From the NCBI GenBank assembly GCA_963778255.1, contig CAVZUP010000142.1, positions 73,938 to 137,937 of the forward strand: a stretch of DNA of 64,000 bases, in the 5' to 3' direction. How positions within the stretch are numbered: position 1 is the stretch's first letter; the number at the start of each line of letters is the position of its first letter. The stretch comes from an uncultured Acidobacteriaceae bacterium (GTDB lineage Bacteria; Acidobacteriota; Terriglobia; Terriglobales; Acidobacteriaceae). Below the pieces are notes generated by a model. The model had not been told where the DNA came from. It did not search any database and saw nothing but the letters and a program-made list of their open reading frames with translations. This document shows positions 58,725 to 64,000 of the stretch, in pieces. The position numbers and the translations under genes were made by a program.

Positions 58725-60491
58725 TCATGGTAGGTTTTCGGTTTTACCCACGGCCGACTCGGGCGGAGGATAAACGATCGAGCCGCGGAAGGCTGATTTG
58801 TCGGCGGGCGCAAAATCGGGGAAAGGCAACTGGTGCTGGTCTCGCCATTGCTGGACCTGTTGCTCGGCGGCGGCGGCTTTTTCTTTGTCGAGGCCGGCAT
58901 CGCGCGAGAGATAGAGAGTCTGTGACGGGACGGCGAATCCGCTGCCGGATTTCTCGACGATTTCCATGATACGCAGCAAAAGGTCTTCGCGGATGGCTAC
59001 GAATTCCGTGCTATCGCGAGTGAGGATGTAGCTGAAGATTTCCAGCCGCAACGCGCTGGTGTCGAAATTGGCGAAGCGGATGTATGCGCTTTCGCTTTCG
59101 ATTTTCGGGTGCTCGTAGAACATGCGGCGAACTTCCGCCAGCAGGTATCGCAGTTGGTCAGCCGAGGTTTCACACCGGATCGCGAGCGCCGGGTTGAAGA
59201 GGATTTTGTCGCGGCGAGTGAAATTCTCGATGCTCATGGTGGCGAGTGCGCCATTGGGGATGGAAAGCTCGGTGCGAGCGTCGGTGCGAATACGGGTGGA
59301 GCGCAGGCTGATGTCTTCCACGGTTCCGGAGCGGTCACCGAAGCGGCAGTAGTCGCCCACGCGGATCACTTCGTCGGCCAGCACGGAAATTCCGCCGAAT
59401 AGATTTTCCAGCGTTTTCTGGGCGGCGAAGGCGATGGCTATGCCGCCGATGCCAAGGCCGGCGAGGACGGTAGTCAGGTTGAAGCCCATGATACCGAGCG
59501 TGGCCAGGATGGCGGCAACCACCACCAGGGCCGTGAGCAGTCGCTCGGCCAGCACCATCAGGGTTCCAGTGCCAATGCGGCCCCCGCTGATGGCATGCAT
59601 GCGCAAGCGCTGCATCGTAAGGCTGGTGACGCGGAGCAGAAACCAGAAGAAGCCGATGCTGATGAGAACGCCAATGGTCCGGTAGTAATAAAAACGCGGC
59701 AGCAATGGCAGGCCGAGGTAGGCGGCCATCACGCGATGGGCCAGCGCGCTGAATGACACCAACAGGGGCGCGGACATGCCTCTGTAACCGTGCAGGTTGG
59801 GACGATGCCGGAGTTTGAGCCAGAGCCGCCGCGGAATGGCGAGCAGCACAACCAGCGTCCAGCCGATCGCGAGCGCCACTGGAATGGCGGCGAAAAGCGC
59901 CAGCCATTGCCAGAGAGGCATCCCCAGAAAGACAATTCGCACCAGGCTCCGCGGGAGTTTATTTTCGACCTGGTGCGCCTCGACGTTGTCGGATAGCTCC
60001 GGGACTTTGCTGAGCGTTTCCGCGGAAAAGAGCCAGACTTTCCCTGCGTTCGGATCCGTGACGCGGACGAGGACAACGGGAACGTCCTGATCTTCGTTGG
60101 CAAAAGCTCCGATGGTTTGCTGATCGGCGGTGCCGTAATCGGGATTGCCTTCGGGACGGGTGCTGATGCGTCGCACGCTGCCGACGAAAGCGCTATCCAT
60201 GAGGACTTTCAGTTTGGCGGCGATGTCGGGGCCCTGCGACTGGCGGCGCGAGGCGCTCATTTGCAGATAATCGGCGGCGGTTTTCTCGTTTCCGTCTTGC
60301 GCGGCTTGCAGGAATCCAAGTACGGTGCCCGAAGGCGTATCGCGTCCGAGGGGATCGGCGGATGCGAGAGTTGGCGCTTGAGCCGCGGTTCCGCCCTGAA
60401 GCAAGCTGGTCACGGACTGCGCCAGAGACTGGAGCTTCAGTCCATGAAGAGAGATGGAAACAGCGAGAAGCAGTAACGCCGATTTTTTCAT
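58725..60491 (-). CDS. MscS-family mechanosensitive channel with periplasmic N-terminal domain
   Basis: LENLFGGISVLADEVIRVGDYCRF...GTVEDISLRSTRIRT core. Confidence 0.85.
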   Translation of the reverse strand: MKKSALLLLAVSISLHGLKLQSLAQSVTSLLQGGTAAQAPTLASADPLGRDTPSGTVLGFLQAAQDGNEKTAADYLQMSASRRQSQGPDIAAKLKVLMDSAFVGSVRRISTRPEGNPDYGTADQQTIGAFANEDQDVPVVLVRVTDPNAGKVWLFSAETLSKVPELSDNVEAHQVENKLPRSLVRIVFLGMPLWQWLALFAAIPVALAIGWTLVVLLAIPRRLWLKLRHRPNLHGYRGMSAPLLVSFSALAHRVMAAYLGLPLLPRFYYYRTIGVLISIGFFWFLLRVTSLTMQRLRMHAISGGRIGTGTLMVLAERLLTALVVVAAILATLGIMGFNLTTVLAGLGIGGIAIAFAAQKTLENLFGGISVLADEVIRVGDYCRFGDRSGTVEDISLRSTRIRTDARTELSIPNGALATMSIENFTRRDKILFNPALAIRCETSADQLRYLLAEVRRMFYEHPKIESESAYIRFANFDTSALRLEIFSYILTRDSTEFVAIREDLLLRIMEIVEKSGSGFAVPSQTLYLSRDAGLDKEKAAAAEQQVQQWRDQHQLPFPDFAPADKSAFRGSIVYPPPESAVGKTENLP

Positions 60492-60510
60492 CTAGATTCC
60501 AACATGGGGA

Positions 60511-60527
60511 GGGCGGGCATCCCGCCC
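60511..60527. repeat. GC hairpin GGGCGGG-cat-CCCGCCC
   Basis: Read directly, between the lpdA stop and the MscS start. Confidence 0.5.
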
Positions 60528-60539
60528 AGACCTCAACTT

Positions 60540-62000
60540 CTACCTCTTGGGGCGATAGATGTCGGTGGCCTGCCCGTAAAAGATTTCGGCCGACTCCATC
60601 ATTGTCTCCGATAACGTGGGGTGCGGGTGGATGGTCATGCCGATATCGGCCGCCAGCGCGCACATTTCGATGGCCAGCACTCCTTCGGCGATCAACTCGC
60701 CGGCGCCGGGGCCGACGATGCCTACGCCCAGCACTCGCTCCGTCTTCGGATCGATGAGAAGCTTGGTCATACCTTCGGGGCGATCGAGAGTGATGGCGCG
60801 ACCGGATGCTGCCCATGGGAACTTCGCGACCGTGATTTCGCGTCCTTGATCTTTGGCCTGCGTTTCGGTGAGTCCGGCCCACGCGATTTCCGGGTCGGTA
60901 AAGACGACGGCGGGAATCGCGTTTGGCTCGAAGGCTACCTTGTGTCCGGCGATAGCTTCCACGGCGCAGCGGCCTTCGTGCATCGCCTTGTGGGCGAGCA
61001 TCGGTTCGCCGGCTACGTCGCCTATGGCGTAGATTGTGGGGTCAGCGGTCTGGCGCTGACCGTTGATTTCGATGAATCCCTTGGGATTGACCTTTACTTG
61101 CGTTTTGTCGAGGCCGGGGATCTCGGAATTCGGGCGGCGTCCTACGGACATCAGTACGCGGTCGAAGACCTGGTCGTTTTCTTTTACGTTCGGACCGTCG
61201 AGCGTTACGCGAATACCTGTTACTTCATCCTTGAGCGACTTGACGGTGGTATTCAGCAGGATGGTGGAGAAAAGTTTTTCCAGGCGTTTGTGCAGAGGCA
61301 GCACCAGATCGCGGTCGGCTCCGGGGAGCAAGCCGGGCATCATCTCGACGCAGGTCACCTTGGTGCCGAGCGTGGCGTAGACCGATCCTAGTTCCAATCC
61401 GATGTAACCGCCGCCTATGACGAGCAGCGTTTTTGGAATGTCGGGCAGATCGAGTGCGCCAGTGGAATCCATGAGGCGCGGGCTGTCGAGTTTGAGGCTG
61501 GGCACGACGGTGGGGCGCGATCCGGTCGCGATGATGATGCGGTCGAAGGTTAGGTTCTCTTCATTATTATTGGCCCCACTGTTATTGGCGCCAGCGGTCT
61601 TGTTGCCGCCAGTCTTTGTGACTTTGAGCGTGGTGGAATTTACGAATGCGGCTTTGCCTCGCACAAACTCGACTTTGCGTTGTTTCGAGAGTTGTCCAAG
61701 TCCGCCGGTCAGCTTGTTGACGACGCTCTCTTTCCATCCGCGAAGTTTGTTGAGATCGACTTTGGGCTCGCCGAATTCGATGCCCCAGTTCTTGGCCTGC
61801 TCGGCTTCTTCGAGCAGCTTAGCCACGTGCAGCAAGGCCTTGGACGGGATGCAGCCGCGATAGAGGCAGACGCCGCCGGGATTCGCTTCGGGATCGATCA
61901 GCGTAACTTTCATGCCAAGGTCGGCAGCCAGAAATGCGGCGGCATATCCGCCGGGACCGCCGCCGATTACTGCAATACGGAGATTGGAAGAGTTCGTCAT
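60540..62000 (-). CDS. lpdA: dihydrolipoyl dehydrogenase (E3)
   Basis: [20 protein letters not shown] redox disulfide, HPHPTLSE. Confidence 0.95.
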   Translation of the reverse strand: MTNSSNLRIAVIGGGPGGYAAAFLAADLGMKVTLIDPEANPGGVCLYRGCIPSKALLHVAKLLEEAEQAKNWGIEFGEPKVDLNKLRGWKESVVNKLTGGLGQLSKQRKVEFVRGKAAFVNSTTLKVTKTGGNKTAGANNSGANNNEENLTFDRIIIATGSRPTVVPSLKLDSPRLMDSTGALDLPDIPKTLLVIGGGYIGLELGSVYATLGTKVTCVEMMPGLLPGADRDLVLPLHKRLEKLFSTILLNTTVKSLKDEVTGIRVTLDGPNVKENDQVFDRVLMSVGRRPNSEIPGLDKTQVKVNPKGFIEINGQRQTADPTIYAIGDVAGEPMLAHKAMHEGRCAVEAIAGHKVAFEPNAIPAVVFTDPEIAWAGLTETQAKDQGREITVAKFPWAASGRAITLDRPEGMTKLLIDPKTERVLGVGIVGPGAGELIAEGVLAIEMCALAADIGMTIHPHPTLSETMMESAEIFYGQATDIYRPKR

Positions 62001-62016
62001 GGTGTTATCGGTACCC

Positions 62017-62367
62017 TCAAATTCTAAATTCTGCTATCGACCGACTCGGAGTGTCCGGGTCAACTCGCAATCCTACCTTCGCCCCGACCGGCAACCGAGC
62101 CGTAATCCTTTCGGTCTGCGATTCGACTGATGAGAAAGCGAATAGCAGCCACTTCCTACACTCGCCCGAGAATCGCGTCCCCTCAAATTCGTAACTGTAA
62201 AAAAGAACGAACCAGCCGTTCTGTCTTGCCATGAGCAGTTCGTAGCCTTCGACTGTACCAAGTACTTGGGACCAATGAGAGGATCTTTGCCTAGTCAACC
62301 ATTGCCGAAATGACCAGAACAATTCTCCATAGCCGAGGGCGTTTCTGGTCGGGAGTGTTTCCATCAC
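62017..62367 (-). CDS. small hypothetical protein, DUF3592-like core, lower GC
   Basis: [10 protein letters not shown]......[13 protein letters not shown] pattern. Three hand-counted 60-nt lines give 48-50% GC, against about 63% for one flanking line. Confidence 0.45.
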   Translation of the reverse strand: MMETLPTRNALGYGELFWSFRQWLTRQRSSHWSQVLGTVEGYELLMARQNGWFVLFYSYEFEGTRFSGECRKWLLFAFSSVESQTERITARLPVGAKVGLRVDPDTPSRSIAEFRI

Positions 62368-62398
62368 TACCCCTCTGGCCCTACTGAACGCTGATCTC

Positions 62399-64000
62399 TC
62401 ATCCCTGCACCGACAGCAAAAATGGCTGCTCGAAAGCCTCGGCGATCCAGCGTAGGAAGCGTGCGGCGTCGGCTCCGTCGATCAACCGGTGATCGTACGA
62501 GAGGGAGAGCGGCAAGATCAAGCGCGGCTCAAACTTGTTGCTCACCCATTCCGGCTCCATGCGCGAACGCGACAGGCCGAGAATCGCGACTTCGGGATGG
62601 TTTACGATGGGCGAAAAGCCGGTGCCGCCGATTCCGCCGAGATTGGTGATGGTGAATGTGCCGCCTTCCATCTCTTCGGGCGTGAGCTTGCGGTCGCGCG
62701 CTTTTTTCGAGAGCTGCGTCATCTCCGCCGCCAGCTCGACTATGTTTTTCTTGTCCACGTCGCGAATGACCGGCACCAGCAGGCCGCGATCGGTGTCCAC
62801 GGCTACGCCGATGTTGATGTATTGCTTGTAGACGATTTCTTCTTTCGTCATGTCAATCGAGGCGTTGAACTGAGGGAAGACTTTGAGAGCCGAGGCGCAG
62901 ACCTTCAAGGCGATGGCGGTGACGGTCATCTTGCCGCCGGCTTCCTCCGCGCGGGGCGCAAACTTGGCGCGCAACTGTTCGAGTTCGGTGATGTCGGAGC
63001 GATCCTGCTGAGTGACGTGGGGAATCGTGTTCCAGGCTTGGCGGAGATGTTCGGCGGTTTTGCGGCGAACGCCGCGCATGGAGACGCGCTCGGTCTTCCC
63101 CCACTTGGTGAAGTCTGGGAGTTCAGGCTCGATGAAGGTTCCGCGGGGTGTTTGCGCCGCCGCGGCGGCTGCGATCAAGGCATTCTTGGCGGAGAGTTTT
63201 ACGTCATCTTCACTGATGCGTCCGCCGGGTCCGCTGCCGGTCACAGTGCGGATATTCACTCCGATTTCGCGTGCGAGACGGCGTACGTGTGGAGCTGCCG
63301 GAATGGGATCGTGATCGGTGCCGGCCACCTTGCTTAGTTGCACGGGCATGGCGAAGGCTGGCGGCGGAGCTTGCGGGTGATCCGGTGGCAATGCTTGTTC
63401 TTCGGTTTTGCCTTCGGCACGCATGGCTAGCTGGAAGGCGAGTCTTGCCGCTTGTTGGCCGGACATATGTTCCACCGGCTGGTGGCTGCGCGGAGTTTCG
63501 ACCTGAGCGACTGCGCCGCCTTCCAACGTGAAGATGACCTCGCCTACCTTGACCTTTTGACCTTCTTTGACCTTGATTTCGCGAACTACGCCGCTTACCG
63601 AGGACGGAACTTCGACTACGGCTTTGTCGGTTTCCAGTTCCATGACGGGTTGGCCTTCGGACACGCTCGCGCCCGGTGAAATCAACAGGCGCACCAGGTC
63701 GCCGGAGTCGATGTTTTCTCCCAGTTCGGGCAGCTTGAATTCGCTGGCGGTGGAGGTCGCTGGCGTTGCGAGACTTGGGGGCGCGGGCTGTGCCGATGGA
63801 GGCGCGGGCGTTGCCGCACGGCCGGACGGGCGAGACGCCCGTCCCTCCACTGCATCTGAAGAGGGCGTTGCGCCAGTTCCTGTTCCGTTCTCTACGGTGA
63901 AGATGACTTGCCCTACCCGGAGCTTGTCGCCTTCTTTTACTCGGATTTCTCCTATGATGCCGGTTATCGACGAGGGTACTTCGACGACCGCTTTGTCGGT
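62399..64000 (-). CDS. 2-oxo acid dehydrogenase E2 (dihydrolipoamide acyltransferase, probably PDH), 5'-partial at the window edge
   Basis: At least two lipoyl domains (ETDKAVVEVPS twice). Subunit-binding domain. Catalytic DHRLIDGA. The frame stays open to nt 64000 (translated by hand). Confidence 0.9.
   Translation of the reverse strand, partial: TDKAVVEVPSSITGIIGEIRVKEGDKLRVGQVIFTVENGTGTGATPSSDAVEGRASRPSGRAATPAPPSAQPAPPSLATPATSTASEFKLPELGENIDSGDLVRLLISPGASVSEGQPVMELETDKAVVEVPSSVSGVVREIKVKEGQKVKVGEVIFTLEGGAVAQVETPRSHQPVEHMSGQQAARLAFQLAMRAEGKTEEQALPPDHPQAPPPAFAMPVQLSKVAGTDHDPIPAAPHVRRLAREIGVNIRTVTGSGPGGRISEDDVKLSAKNALIAAAAAAQTPRGTFIEPELPDFTKWGKTERVSMRGVRRKTAEHLRQAWNTIPHVTQQDRSDITELEQLRAKFAPRAEEAGGKMTVTAIALKVCASALKVFPQFNASIDMTKEEIVYKQYINIGVAVDTDRGLLVPVIRDVDKKNIVELAAEMTQLSKKARDRKLTPEEMEGGTFTITNLGGIGGTGFSPIVNHPEVAILGLSRSRMEPEWVSNKFEPRLILPLSLSYDHRLIDGADAARFLRWIAEAFEQPFLLSVQG
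63824..63850. repeat. GC hairpin GGACGGGCG-aga-CGCCCGTCC plus CTCCAC inside the E2 inter-lipoyl linker (encodes VEGRASRPSG)
   Basis: 9-bp stem read directly. Design shared with 27447..27472. Confidence 0.65.

Overview
A high-GC (about 60%) chromosomal segment that is mostly housekeeping genes. Gene content, PEGA-domain kinases and the kinds of intergenic repeats suggest Acidobacteriota, but this is inference only because no search was run. All protein calls come from reading motifs in the supplied translations.

Recognisable genes, in order:
- etfBA, an M23 peptidase, thiL
- a frameshifted DNA methyltransferase / Mrr-like nuclease fusion
- an ACT-domain protein, a radical SAM protein, bamA, a molybdopterin oxidoreductase
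- frr-pyrH-tsf-rpsB and rpsI-rplM
- tag, an aldo/keto reductase, an orphan NTP_transf_5 protein, PBP1A, an S41 protease
- an ankyrin / MarR divergent pair, an FAH-family hydrolase, hslVU, pcrA/uvrD, an APC permease
- a purine/adenosine block: add, a secreted ADA-like enzyme, PNP and an exported DUF62 SAM hydrolase
- a carboxyltransferase, a CocE/NonD hydrolase, a MacB-type efflux operon
- a PEGA Ser/Thr kinase, a stand-alone cNMP-binding protein, two tandem receiver-TM-TonB_C fusion proteins
- MscS, lpdA and a partial E2

No rRNA, tRNA, CRISPR array, transposase or integrase was seen.

Most interesting observations:
1. The kinase / cNMP / two REC-TonB_C fusions cluster at 51.8-58.7 kb.
2. A 790-nt ORF-free gap at 41.1-41.9 kb. 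It holds two tandem paralogous units of about 168 nt with covarying GNRA hairpins (candidate structured RNA), followed by a phased CGGT array bracketed by an 11-bp inverted repeat.
3. A family of GC-rich REP-like hairpins with compensatory stem changes. Copies sit in-frame inside pcrA and in the E2 linker.
4. Operon spacers filled by inverted arrays of 8-10-nt tandem units.
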